A program made the position numbers and the translations under genes. Source: Candidatus Peribacteria bacterium (lineage in GTDB: Bacteria; Patescibacteriota; Gracilibacteria; Peribacterales; Peribacteraceae). From it: 64,000 nt of DNA. This document shows positions 42,665 through 50,806 of the stretch, piece after piece. Position 1 is the first letter of the stretch. Every line of letters starts with the position of its first letter. The stretch spans positions 1,902-65,901 of the forward strand of contig JAHFJR010000002.1 of NCBI GenBank assembly GCA_023245775.1. The letters are read 5' to 3'. The notes under the pieces were generated by a model. It was not told where the DNA came from and searched no databases. It was given only the letters and a program-made list of their open reading frames with translations.

Positions 42665-43957
42665 ATGAAGATCACGAAGCTTCATCTTCAGGCCTTCTCC
42701 CCCACCAACTTCCTCACGAAGCTCTCCGCCCACGAAACATTTCCCGTCCTCATGCGTACGGGCGAGTGGACAATTCTCAGTTGGAATCCTGTGAAGCGAT
42801 ACGAGTGGACGAGTGCGAAGAAGGCGCAGAAGGATTTGAAAAAGTTGCATGCGGCGAGACATGTGCGCTCCGCAGAGTCACTTCCGTTTGTCGGTGGCAT
42901 CATCGGATCAGTCAGCTCGGACGCTGGGTACGAATTGCTTGATCTGAAGCCAAAAGCGAAGGATCGATGGCGATTGCCAGTCGTACAGGCGGGCGTGTAT
43001 GAAGAAGCATTGCTTTGGAATGGGAAAGAGATTTTTGTCATCGGCTCAAAAAAATTTGCAGCGGAAGTTTTCAAGATTCACGGTCGCAGAGTTTCTGACA
43101 AGAAAGTTCCCACTTTAAAATTCCATTCGAGCATTCCCGAGAAAAAATATGCGGCAGATTTCAAGAAGATTCAACGGCACATTCTCGCAGGTGACGTATA
43201 TCAACTGAATCTCACGTACACGCTTGACGCGTCTTCTCCTTGTGAAGATCGCATGCTCTTTCAGAAGCTCTTTCAGAAGAATCTGGCACCCTGCGCTGCG
43301 TATCTCGATGCAGGTTCACATCGTCTGCTCTCGTTCTCCCCCGAGAGGTTTATCAAGATCGAAAAGGGCAGTATCGAAACCTGTCCCATCAAAGGCACGC
43401 GACCGCGTGGGATTGGTCCACGAGCAGATACCCGCTTCAGACAGGAATTGCTCGGAAGTGCAAAAGAACAGGCGGAGCTCTCGATGATCACAGATTTGCT
43501 CCGGAATGACATCGGACGCATCGCGACGATTGGCTCAGTGCGTGTTGCAGAGAAACGCCTTGTAAAAGGGCTCGTTGCGGTATGGCATACCAGTTCAAGA
43601 ATCGTCGCAGAACTTGATCCGAGGCTCTCGCCGATCGATGCGCTGTTCTCTATGCTCCCAGCGGGTTCGGTCACCGGCTGCCCGAAGCGACGTGCATTCG
43701 AGCTGATCGATGCGATCGAAAAAGTGCGGCGCGGTCCGTACACGGGGGTGCTGTTTTCCCTTAGCGATCACGGCGTGCTCGATAGTTCCATCGTGATTCG
43801 GACGCTCGTACGAAAAGGCAGAACACTCTCTCTCGGTGTTGGTGGCGGGATTGTCGCAGATTCCGATGTACGTTCGGAGTGGGAAGAAACGAAGCACAAA
43901 GCGAAACCATTTATCCTTGCTCCAGCAGCGCCCCTCCGTGGGCGCGGTGGTATTTGA
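42665..43957 (+). CDS. pabB: chorismate-utilising enzyme, aminodeoxychorismate synthase component I-like (430 aa)
   Basis: GDVYQLNLT, PIKGTRPRG, ITDLLRNDIGRI and GGGIVADS motifs. The length fits short PabB rather than TrpE. Confidence 0.75.
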   Translation: MKITKLHLQAFSPTNFLTKLSAHETFPVLMRTGEWTILSWNPVKRYEWTSAKKAQKDLKKLHAARHVRSAESLPFVGGIIGSVSSDAGYELLDLKPKAKDRWRLPVVQAGVYEEALLWNGKEIFVIGSKKFAAEVFKIHGRRVSDKKVPTLKFHSSIPEKKYAADFKKIQRHILAGDVYQLNLTYTLDASSPCEDRMLFQKLFQKNLAPCAAYLDAGSHRLLSFSPERFIKIEKGSIETCPIKGTRPRGIGPRADTRFRQELLGSAKEQAELSMITDLLRNDIGRIATIGSVRVAEKRLVKGLVAVWHTSSRIVAELDPRLSPIDALFSMLPAGSVTGCPKRRAFELIDAIEKVRRGPYTGVLFSLSDHGVLDSSIVIRTLVRKGRTLSLGVGGGIVADSDVRSEWEETKHKAKPFILAPAAPLRGRGGI

Positions 43958-43979
43958 GTATGTTACAATCCAGCCGCTC

Positions 43980-44810
43980 ATGAAGCTCACCCAAGCCATC
44001 CTCCCCGTTGCGGGCTTCGGCACGCGGTTCCTCCCGTGGACGAAGGTCGTGCCAAAAGAGTTATTGCCGATTGGGAATAAGCCCATCATCGCGCTTTTGG
44101 TCGACGAATGTATGAGTGTGGGGATCCACGACATCTGTTTCGTGATCAGTAAAGGAAAAGAGTCGATCCCGCAGTTCTTCTATGCTCAGCCGCAGCTGGA
44201 ACATCACCTCGAGAAGCGCGGGAAACTGCACCTCCTTGAAGAGCTCACGAAGTATCATTCCGTCAGGTTCCATGTCGCCTATCAGGATGAGATGAAGGGT
44301 GACGGTCATGCGATCCTGCAGGCCAAGAATTGGGTGGATTCGGAGCAAATCGCCATTCTCTACGGTGATGATCTGATCAAAGGGGACCAGAACGGTTTGC
44401 AACAACTCGTGAGCGCTTTCGATGCATTGGAATCGAAGAAAGATGCAGCAATGCTCTGTCTGCAGGACGTTGAGAGGAAACTCGTCTCAAAATACGGCAT
44501 TGTGGACATCAAGCCCGACAAGCATAAGAGTCGCACGAAGAAAATTCTAGGTTTGGTGGAGAAACCGAAGCCCGAAGAGGCGCCGTCCACACTCAGTATC
44601 GTCGGCAAGTACCTCATCCCCCGTTCGACGATTGCCGAGCTCGAGAAGGTCGAGAGTGGACACCATGACAAGGAGATCCGTCTCATCGATGCGCTGAAGG
44701 CGCAACTACATAACAAAAAAATCTCCGTCTACGGATACGAATTCGAAGGCCGAAGATTTGATACGGGGACGCCGGAAGGATACAAGGAGGCGGTGAAGGA
44801 GCTAGGATAA
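43980..44810 (+). CDS. galU: UTP--glucose-1-phosphate uridylyltransferase (276 aa)
   Basis: AILPVAGFGTRFLPWTKVVPKELLPI, VEKP and GRRFDTGTPEGY motifs. Confidence 0.9.
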   Translation: MKLTQAILPVAGFGTRFLPWTKVVPKELLPIGNKPIIALLVDECMSVGIHDICFVISKGKESIPQFFYAQPQLEHHLEKRGKLHLLEELTKYHSVRFHVAYQDEMKGDGHAILQAKNWVDSEQIAILYGDDLIKGDQNGLQQLVSAFDALESKKDAAMLCLQDVERKLVSKYGIVDIKPDKHKSRTKKILGLVEKPKPEEAPSTLSIVGKYLIPRSTIAELEKVESGHHDKEIRLIDALKAQLHNKKISVYGYEFEGRRFDTGTPEGYKEAVKELG

Positions 44811-44993
44811 TTCGTGAAAGAAAACCTTGTCAGTTTTCTCTCACGGGCTCTCTTTCCCTTTAAGGTGCGCTCCAGCAGCGGGGCCCACGCCTGCGTGCCG
44901 TAACGCCGGCATTTGCAGTGCATAAAAACGGCACTCCGGTGTGCAGGCACGAGACCCGCTGCTTCGCGGCCTTTTACAATTTTTGTTGTGTAT

Positions 44994-45021
44994 AGAAAAA
45001 CGGGAGCGGGTGGCTACCCGC
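44994..45021 (-). terminator. intrinsic terminator for the minus-strand toxin-antitoxin operon
   Basis: Minus strand: gcgggt-agcc-acccgc followed by tcccgttttt. The hairpin overlaps the toxin stop codon. Confidence 0.5.
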
Positions 45022-45256
45022 GTTTATAAATCTTGTCCCTGTAATCTGCATCAACGACGATCCATGATCCCATTTCGTTTTTTGTGAAGACGATGCGTAT
45101 GTCTCCGATACGGCATCGATAGGTGTTTCTCTTGCCGGACAACGGTTTTAAATCAAGGTCATCCCAGCGGCCGTTTAGAAATTGATCCACAGCACCAATG
45201 ATTCGTCGTTGAATCTTCGGTTGCTGCCTTCGGAGAAACTTTTCAAAGTGATTCAT
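45014..45256 (-). CDS. type II toxin, RelE/ParE superfamily (80 aa)
   Basis: KPLSGKRNTYRCRIGDIRIVFTKNE...VVDADYRDKIY matches the RelE/ParE pattern. It overlaps the upstream antitoxin gene by 14 nt. Confidence 0.7.
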   Translation of the reverse strand: MNHFEKFLRRQQPKIQRRIIGAVDQFLNGRWDDLDLKPLSGKRNTYRCRIGDIRIVFTKNEMGSWIVVDADYRDKIYKRG

Positions 45257-45536
45257 GGAGCGTACGTCGTTTTCTTTTAGCCATTTCTTTTCTTCTTAGC
45301 GACTTCTCCGCCATTTTCAAGCGTGCCAAAAACTCATGCCCCTCCATCCCTCTCGGGAAATGCAGCCCTATTCTGCTGTTCTTTTCATAATAAACGACAT
45401 CTTCCAGTGGTTTGATGACAAGGTTCCCTCCCGCATCCTCCTCGGCAAGAAAATTCTTCGTCTGGAAACGGTCGCGCCATTTCTTTGGGAGCGTGACGGC
45501 TCCCTTGCCCCAGAGACTGAGTGTGGTGGAAATCAT
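45243..45536 (-). CDS. AbrB/MazE (SpoVT-AbrB)-type antitoxin (97 aa)
   Basis: LWGKGAVTLPKKWRDRF...GGNLVIKPLE is a looped-hinge-helix pattern. Basic C-terminal tail. Confidence 0.65.
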   Translation of the reverse strand: MISTTLSLWGKGAVTLPKKWRDRFQTKNFLAEEDAGGNLVIKPLEDVVYYEKNSRIGLHFPRGMEGHEFLARLKMAEKSLRRKEMAKRKRRTLHESL

Positions 45537-45621
45537 AGGAATACTAGGAAAGCTAGTAATACTAGTATATTCTTTTTCGAGAACAGTTGCAAGCAACCCT
45601 TGTCATTTCTTTCCGAATTTG

Positions 45622-45627
45622 TACAAT
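45622..45627 (+). promoter_or_regulatory. -10 hexamer TACAAT, 6 nt upstream of ATG 45634
   Basis: Fits the TAnnnT-N6-ATG pattern. Confidence 0.4.
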
Positions 45628-45633
45628 CATCCT

Positions 45634-45963
45634 ATGAGAGCCTTCACTCCTGAGCATCTCGGCGAGACAAAGATTATTTCTTTTCTAGGTACAGACGATA
45701 ACAAAGTGCGACTAGTGACCGCTGTGCAGGATAGTGGAGATGGCATTATGACTGGTGTGCGAATGAATAAGAACGGAGAACTTATTTTTGGCTGGGAAGC
45801 TTATACGGGCGAAAGCCGAGAAGTGTATCAACCTCCGATTGCTGTGATGATCGAATTGCAAAATCGACTTCGCAGTGTCGTTCAGCCCTATGTTTCAGGG
45901 AACACATTTGATCGCGAAGGATTGATTGATGCCATAGGGTTTGGAGGGCATCACGGCGGATGA
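45634..45963 (+). CDS. hypothetical protein (109 aa)
   Basis: ORF. The start is supported by the -10-N6-ATG arrangement. Confidence 0.45.
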   Translation: MRAFTPEHLGETKIISFLGTDDNKVRLVTAVQDSGDGIMTGVRMNKNGELIFGWEAYTGESREVYQPPIAVMIELQNRLRSVVQPYVSGNTFDREGLIDAIGFGGHHGG

Positions 45964-45966
45964 TCA

Positions 45967-47970
45967 TTACACCTCTCGCCTCAGCAGTTCTATTTCATCT
46001 CTCAAATCCGCAGCCTTTTCAAATTCCTCATTCTTCGCTGCGAGCTCCATCTGCTCGGTGAGCTCTTCGATGAGGCGCTTCTTCTCGTCCTTCGGGATCT
46101 TGTGATGGTCGTACTTCTTGCGTGTCATCTTCAGCTTCGTGTGCTCCTCCGCGATGTCTTGGATCGCCTTAATGATCGTCTGCGGCGTGATGCCATGCTT
46201 CGTATTGTATTCCTCCTGAATCTTCCTGCGACGATTCGTCTCGTTGATGGCGGCCTGCATCGCATCGGTCATTCGATCGGCATACAGCACGACGTGACCG
46301 TTGATGTTTCTGGCAGCGCGACCGATCGTCTGAATCAGTGCATCGCGTGAGCGGAGAAAGCCTTGCTGATCGGCGTCTAAGATCGCGATGAAGCTGACCT
46401 CCGGGAGATCCAAGCCCTCACGCAGCAGGTTGATGCCCACGAGAATATCGATGATCCCTGAGCGTAGTTGCCGGAGGATTTCGATGCGCTCCATTGTCTC
46501 GATGTCGCTGTGCAGATAGCGGACATTGTAGTCGACATTCCGGTAGTACTCCGCGAGGTCCTCGGCGCTCTTCTTCGTGAGGGCTGTGATCAGCACACGC
46601 TCACCGCGCGCGATCGTCTCATTGATCTCCTTCGTGATGTGGTCGATCTGATTCTTCTTCGGATGCACCGTCACAACGGGGTCGAGAAGCCCCGTCGGGC
46701 GGATGATTTGCTCTGCAATGAGATCTTTTTTGGCTTGCCCGATCGGTGACGGGCGGGTGTTCTTGTACTCGTACGGACCCGGAGTCGCCGACACGTACAC
46801 GGCTTGCTTGACTCTCTCCTCGAATTCCGAGAACTTCAGCGGTCTATTATCCATTGCACTCGGCAATCTGAAGCCGTAATCGATGAGGGTCTTCTTCCGC
46901 TGTAAATTTCCCTCGTGCATGCCGCCGATCTGCGGGATAGAAATATGCGACTCGTCGATGAACATCAGGAAATCATCGGGGAAGTAATCGAGCAGCGTCT
47001 CGGGTGGCGAGCCTGCTTCGCGGTTCGAGAAGAACCGCACGTAGTTCTCGATGCCCGTGCAGTAGCCGGTTTCCTTCAGCATCTCGATGTCATACTCCGT
47101 GCGCTGCCGAATACGCTCTGCCTTCGCGATCTCTCCGGCTTTCAGGAGTTCCTTCTCGCGAAGATCCAATTCCGCTTTGATGCCGTCGATCGCTCCATCG
47201 ATCTTCTCCTTGGTCGTGACGTTATGAGCAGCGGGGAAGATCTTGAACTCGTTCATCTCGCCGATGAGTTCGCCGGTGAAACTGTCAACTTCTTGAATCG
47301 TTTCGATTTCATCGAAGGGCATCTCAACTCGAATCACCGTGTCGCCGCTCGGCGGGAAGATCTCGACGGTGTCCCCAAGAACATGGAACATCCCCTGTTT
47401 GAAGCTCATGGAACTGCGCTTGTACTGGATGTCCGTGAGGAGTCGGAGGAATCTCTGACGCTGGAACGGCTGGCCGCGCTTGATCGTGAATGCGAGTGAC
47501 TGATAGTCCGCGACACTCCCGAGTCCGTAGATGCACGAGACGGAAGAGACGATGAGCGTATCGCGCCGCGTGAGGAGATTATTCGTTGCGGCGTGGCGAA
47601 ACTTTGCGATCTCCTCGTTGATGCTCGCATCTTTCTCGATGTACGTATCCGTCGTCGGCAAGTACGCCTCGGGTTGGTAGTAGTCGTAGTACGAGACGAA
47701 GTAACTCACTGCATTGTCCGGAAAGTACATCTGGAACTCGCTGCAGAGCTGTGCTGCGAGCGTCTTGTTGTGCGCAAGCACGAGGGTCGGGCGATTGTGC
47801 TTCGCAATGAGGTTCGCCATCGTGAATGTTTTTCCGGTGCCGGTCGCTCCAAGCAGCGTCTGGTGTCTCTCGCCCGCATCGATTCCTGCATTCAGTTTTG
47901 CAATTGCCGTCGGCTGATCGCCGGTGGGCTGGTAGCTGGAGACGAGGCGGAAGGGAATTGGAGCATCCAT
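45967..47970 (-). CDS. uvrB: excinuclease ABC subunit B (667 aa)
   Basis: QPTGDQPTAI, Walker A GATGTGKT, helicase motifs, C-terminal UVR domain (EFEKAADLRDEI). Confidence 0.95.
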   Translation of the reverse strand: MDAPIPFRLVSSYQPTGDQPTAIAKLNAGIDAGERHQTLLGATGTGKTFTMANLIAKHNRPTLVLAHNKTLAAQLCSEFQMYFPDNAVSYFVSYYDYYQPEAYLPTTDTYIEKDASINEEIAKFRHAATNNLLTRRDTLIVSSVSCIYGLGSVADYQSLAFTIKRGQPFQRQRFLRLLTDIQYKRSSMSFKQGMFHVLGDTVEIFPPSGDTVIRVEMPFDEIETIQEVDSFTGELIGEMNEFKIFPAAHNVTTKEKIDGAIDGIKAELDLREKELLKAGEIAKAERIRQRTEYDIEMLKETGYCTGIENYVRFFSNREAGSPPETLLDYFPDDFLMFIDESHISIPQIGGMHEGNLQRKKTLIDYGFRLPSAMDNRPLKFSEFEERVKQAVYVSATPGPYEYKNTRPSPIGQAKKDLIAEQIIRPTGLLDPVVTVHPKKNQIDHITKEINETIARGERVLITALTKKSAEDLAEYYRNVDYNVRYLHSDIETMERIEILRQLRSGIIDILVGINLLREGLDLPEVSFIAILDADQQGFLRSRDALIQTIGRAARNINGHVVLYADRMTDAMQAAINETNRRRKIQEEYNTKHGITPQTIIKAIQDIAEEHTKLKMTRKKYDHHKIPKDEKKRLIEELTEQMELAAKNEEFEKAADLRDEIELLRREV

Positions 47971-48071
47971 AAGACGAGGGAGTGTACAGGAAGGCAGGGG
48001 AGATTCAAAGAGTCCTCCGTTCGCTGCCGATGTACATCGACAGCGAACTCAATAAAAAACCAAGATCAAAA

Positions 48072-48094
48072 GGAGCGGGCATTCTTGCCCGCGT
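48072..48094 (-). terminator. intrinsic terminator downstream of the yafQ-like toxin (same 23-nt hairpin as 12994-13016)
   Basis: Minus strand: gcgggc-aagaat-gcccgc followed by tccttttgatcttggtttttt. Confidence 0.5.
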
Positions 48095-48110
48095 AGATCT
48101 TGTGAATCGT

Positions 48111-48380
48111 TTAGCCGATTCCCACCGATGCGTGCGTGCCAGTTCTGAGAAGTTCGATGGTGTCAGTATCAAGGTATCGGAAGAGGACGACCCAATTGTG
48201 AGCGAGATGAGCATCCCATGTGCCGGCGAAAGAGCCCTTGAGTGGATGTGTTCTATATTTTTCTGGCAACTTCGGTGATTCCAAATGATGCAGGAACTCT
48301 TTGAAGGGGCGCATCGAACATCCCGAATGCTTCAGTCGCTCCAGATCCTTCTTGCAGAGTCTGTGCAGGCGAAACTTCAT
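48111..48380 (-). CDS. yafQ: type II toxin, YafQ-family mRNA interferase (89 aa)
   Basis: KKDLERLKHSG...HPLKGSFAGTWDAHLAHNWVVLFRY...LLRTGTHA matches the YafQ pattern. It overlaps the antitoxin stop by 4 nt. Confidence 0.7.
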   Translation of the reverse strand: MKFRLHRLCKKDLERLKHSGCSMRPFKEFLHHLESPKLPEKYRTHPLKGSFAGTWDAHLAHNWVVLFRYLDTDTIELLRTGTHASVGIG

Positions 48381-48649
48381 AGTGCATCGATGTAGTCTGA
48401 TGCTTCTTTCGCAGAGTCAAATGAGGCGACGATGTCCGGATACTTGATCTGCTGAAGGAGAGCCTTCTCAGCTTTCGCAGTCAATCCGTTTTCCGTGAGC
48501 CATGGCAGGGGAATGGTTTGCCTACGCACCATGTGCGTGAAGAAAATGCGAACAGCCGTTGCGAGATCGAGCCCGTTGGTTTCCGCGATTTTCTGTGCCT
48601 TCTTCTTGAGAGCGATAGGCATGCGAACATGGAAGGTTGTTGTAGTCAT
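48377..48649 (-). CDS. dinJ: RelB/DinJ-family antitoxin (90 aa)
   Basis: FHVRMPIALKKKAQKIAETNGLDLATAVRIFFTHMV is a ribbon-helix-helix DinJ pattern. Confidence 0.7.
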   Translation of the reverse strand: MTTTTFHVRMPIALKKKAQKIAETNGLDLATAVRIFFTHMVRRQTIPLPWLTENGLTAKAEKALLQQIKYPDIVASFDSAKEASDYIDAL

Positions 48650-48655
48650 ATCACA

Positions 48656-48685
48656 ATTGTATCTTATTGTATCTTTTTGTGTCAA
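48656..48685 (-). promoter_or_regulatory. sigma70-type promoter TTGACA-18-TACAAT, 6 nt upstream of the dinJ ATG 48649
   Basis: Minus strand: TTGACA = 48685-48680, TACAAT = 48661-48656. Confidence 0.6.
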
Positions 48686-48742
48686 ATCGAAATCTTCAAT
48701 GCACCAAGCGCAAACGAATTTGCAGTACCTCGGCATTCATTC

Positions 48743-48967
48743 TTAGAGACAGGCATGTTGCAATTTTTCATGTTGTTCTCGCCTGATGTCATCTGCTGTC
48801 ATCACTGAACCGTCAGGATTCCTACGTGGCGTAGGCACGTCATACGGAGCAACCACCCCTCTTCTACCAAGGCTTGGGTGAATATCGGATTCCGGCGTAA
48901 AACTGAGCCTTTGTATGTGCTGGAGTGTGTCGACCATAGAAATCAGGGAAGAATCATACCATGACAT
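48743..48967 (-). CDS. hypothetical small protein (74 aa)
   Basis: ORF only, no recognisable motif. Its start overlaps the serS promoter. Confidence 0.25.
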   Translation of the reverse strand: MSWYDSSLISMVDTLQHIQRLSFTPESDIHPSLGRRGVVAPYDVPTPRRNPDGSVMTADDIRREQHEKLQHACL

Positions 48968-48989
48968 ACTTTCGGTCCATCACTATACT
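48961..48989 (+). promoter_or_regulatory. promoter ATGACA-17-TATACT, 6 nt upstream of the serS ATG 48996
   Basis: -35 at 48961-48966. -10 at 48984-48989. Confidence 0.55.
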
Positions 48990-48995
48990 CCTCGC

Positions 48996-50363
48996 ATGAT
49001 CGACCTCGCTCTCGTCCGCAAAGATCCCGTTGCATACCAAGACGCGTGCAAGAAGAAGAATATCAAGCTCAATATTGCCGCGTTTCTGAAACTCGACGAA
49101 GAACGACGAATGCTCATGGCTGAGACGCAGACGATGCAGGCTGAGCGCAATGCCGTGAGCAAGAAAGTGCCGACGATCAAAGAGAAGACTGAGAAAGAAA
49201 AAGTGATCGGAGAAATGAAATCACTCGGCGAGAAGCTCAAGGCAGGTGAAGAGGAACTCATCGAACTCGACAAACAGTGGATGGCCTTGCAGTTGCAACT
49301 TCCATCCATTCCCCTGCCGTCTGTTCCCGTTGGGAAAGATGACACGGAGAACAGAGAACAGAGGAAGTGGGCCCCGAACCAGTCGTCCGCTTCGGCGGAC
49401 TCCGGTACAGGGCAAGACGGTCTTCCTATCTTCGATTTCGAACCGAAGGATCACGTCGCGCTCGGAACAGCTCTGGATATCATCGACATTCCCCGCGGTG
49501 TGAAGATCGGTGGATCGCGAAGCTATTTTCTGAAGGGTGACGGTGCGAGACTCGAGCTTGCGATCCTCCAGTTCACGATCGATCTTCTGACCAAGCGCGG
49601 CTTCACGCTGTTTACGCCTCCGCTCATGGCCAATTACGCAGCGATGATGGGTACAAGCTATTTTCCTGGAGGTGAAGAGCAGGCGTATGCGATCGGTGTC
49701 GACCGCACGCCGGAACTTGGCTTAGACGGAAAAGATGCGAAACAGATCGAATCCGATCGCCTGTACCTCATCGGCACCTCGGAAGTCGCGGTCGCGAGTT
49801 ATCACTCAGGCGAAACGTTTAAGCAAAGCGAACTTCCGAAGCGTTACGCGGGCCTCAGTAACTGTTTCCGTCGCGAAGCGGGCACGTATGGCAAAGACAC
49901 GCACGGGCTGTACCGTATTCATCAGTTTCAGAAAGTTGAGCAGGTGGTTCTCTGCGAGAATGATGAAAAAACGAGTGCCGCACTGCATCAGGAAATTCTT
50001 GGCAATGCCGAAGCGGTGTTGCAGGCTCTTGAACTTCCGTACCGCGTTGTCGATGTCTGCACGGGTGACATGGGCCGCGGACAGATCTTCAAGAACGACA
50101 TCGAGACGTGGATGCCAAGCCGCAAGGGCTATGGCGAAACGCACAGCTGTTCGACGTTTGGAGAATTCCAGGCACGCCGACTTGGCATCAAGTACGAGAC
50201 CGAGTCAGGCGAGAAGAAGTACGTCCACACACTGAATAACACCTGCATCGCCTCCCCGCGCATCCTCATCCCGATTCTCGAGATCTACCAAAACAAGGAC
50301 GGTTCTGTGGCTATTCCAAGCGTTCTGCGACCGTACATGGGAGGGCAGGAGGTTATCAGATAG
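48996..50363 (+). CDS. serS: serine--tRNA ligase (455 aa)
   Basis: N-terminal coiled-coil arm. Class II motifs (FRREAGTYGKDTHGLYRIHQF, TLNNTCIASPR). Confidence 0.95.
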   Translation: MIDLALVRKDPVAYQDACKKKNIKLNIAAFLKLDEERRMLMAETQTMQAERNAVSKKVPTIKEKTEKEKVIGEMKSLGEKLKAGEEELIELDKQWMALQLQLPSIPLPSVPVGKDDTENREQRKWAPNQSSASADSGTGQDGLPIFDFEPKDHVALGTALDIIDIPRGVKIGGSRSYFLKGDGARLELAILQFTIDLLTKRGFTLFTPPLMANYAAMMGTSYFPGGEEQAYAIGVDRTPELGLDGKDAKQIESDRLYLIGTSEVAVASYHSGETFKQSELPKRYAGLSNCFRREAGTYGKDTHGLYRIHQFQKVEQVVLCENDEKTSAALHQEILGNAEAVLQALELPYRVVDVCTGDMGRGQIFKNDIETWMPSRKGYGETHSCSTFGEFQARRLGIKYETESGEKKYVHTLNNTCIASPRILIPILEIYQNKDGSVAIPSVLRPYMGGQEVIR

Positions 50364-50385
50364 AAAGAAGTACTATAAAATCTAT

Positions 50386-50414
50386 TTGACATTAAGTCAA
50401 TAATATATTATAAT
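50386..50414 (+). promoter_or_regulatory. consensus sigma70 promoter TTGACA-17-TATAAT, 6 nt upstream of ATG 50421
   Basis: TTGACA at 50386-50391, exact 17-nt spacer, TATAAT at 50409-50414. Confidence 0.65.
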
Positions 50415-50420
50415 ATGAGT

Positions 50421-50762
50421 ATGAGTACAGCATTACGTCATACAGACTTCAGTGGTATCCCAGCGGGGGATTTTGTTGTTGTCGGGAAGACACAGGAATT
50501 TCCTCGTCTCAGGATTCAGCCAGAGGACCCGTTGGAAAATGGCCATTCCATTGATAAAGATGAGAGGGATGTTGATGATTTTTTCGCGGCGTCCGATAAT
50601 GTGGCTAAATTACTAGAAGCAACGAGGGGGGAGATAGAGGAGGTGCTGCCGCCCACTCAGTCAAAACCACAGCCAAGATTCTTTGCCTATCAACCAAAGA
50701 CCTATACAGAGAAGCCGCTTCCGACGCAGTTTTCCGGAATAGAAGAGCTCCCTCGGAGGTGA
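50421..50762 (+). CDS. hypothetical protein (113 aa)
   Basis: ORF. ATG 50415 directly abuts the -10 hexamer, so ATG 50421 is the likelier start. Confidence 0.45.
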   Translation: MSTALRHTDFSGIPAGDFVVVGKTQEFPRLRIQPEDPLENGHSIDKDERDVDDFFAASDNVAKLLEATRGEIEEVLPPTQSKPQPRFFAYQPKTYTEKPLPTQFSGIEELPRR

Positions 50763-50806
50763 GACATGACGAATGACTTCCTCTTTTGAGTTATGCTGTT
50801 TTCTGC

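Noticed and set aside
43836-43979. Longer galU ORF overlapping the pabB 3' end
   Set aside because: The conserved GalU N-terminus (AILPVAGFGTRFLP) begins right after ATG 43980. The extension is pabB sequence in another frame.
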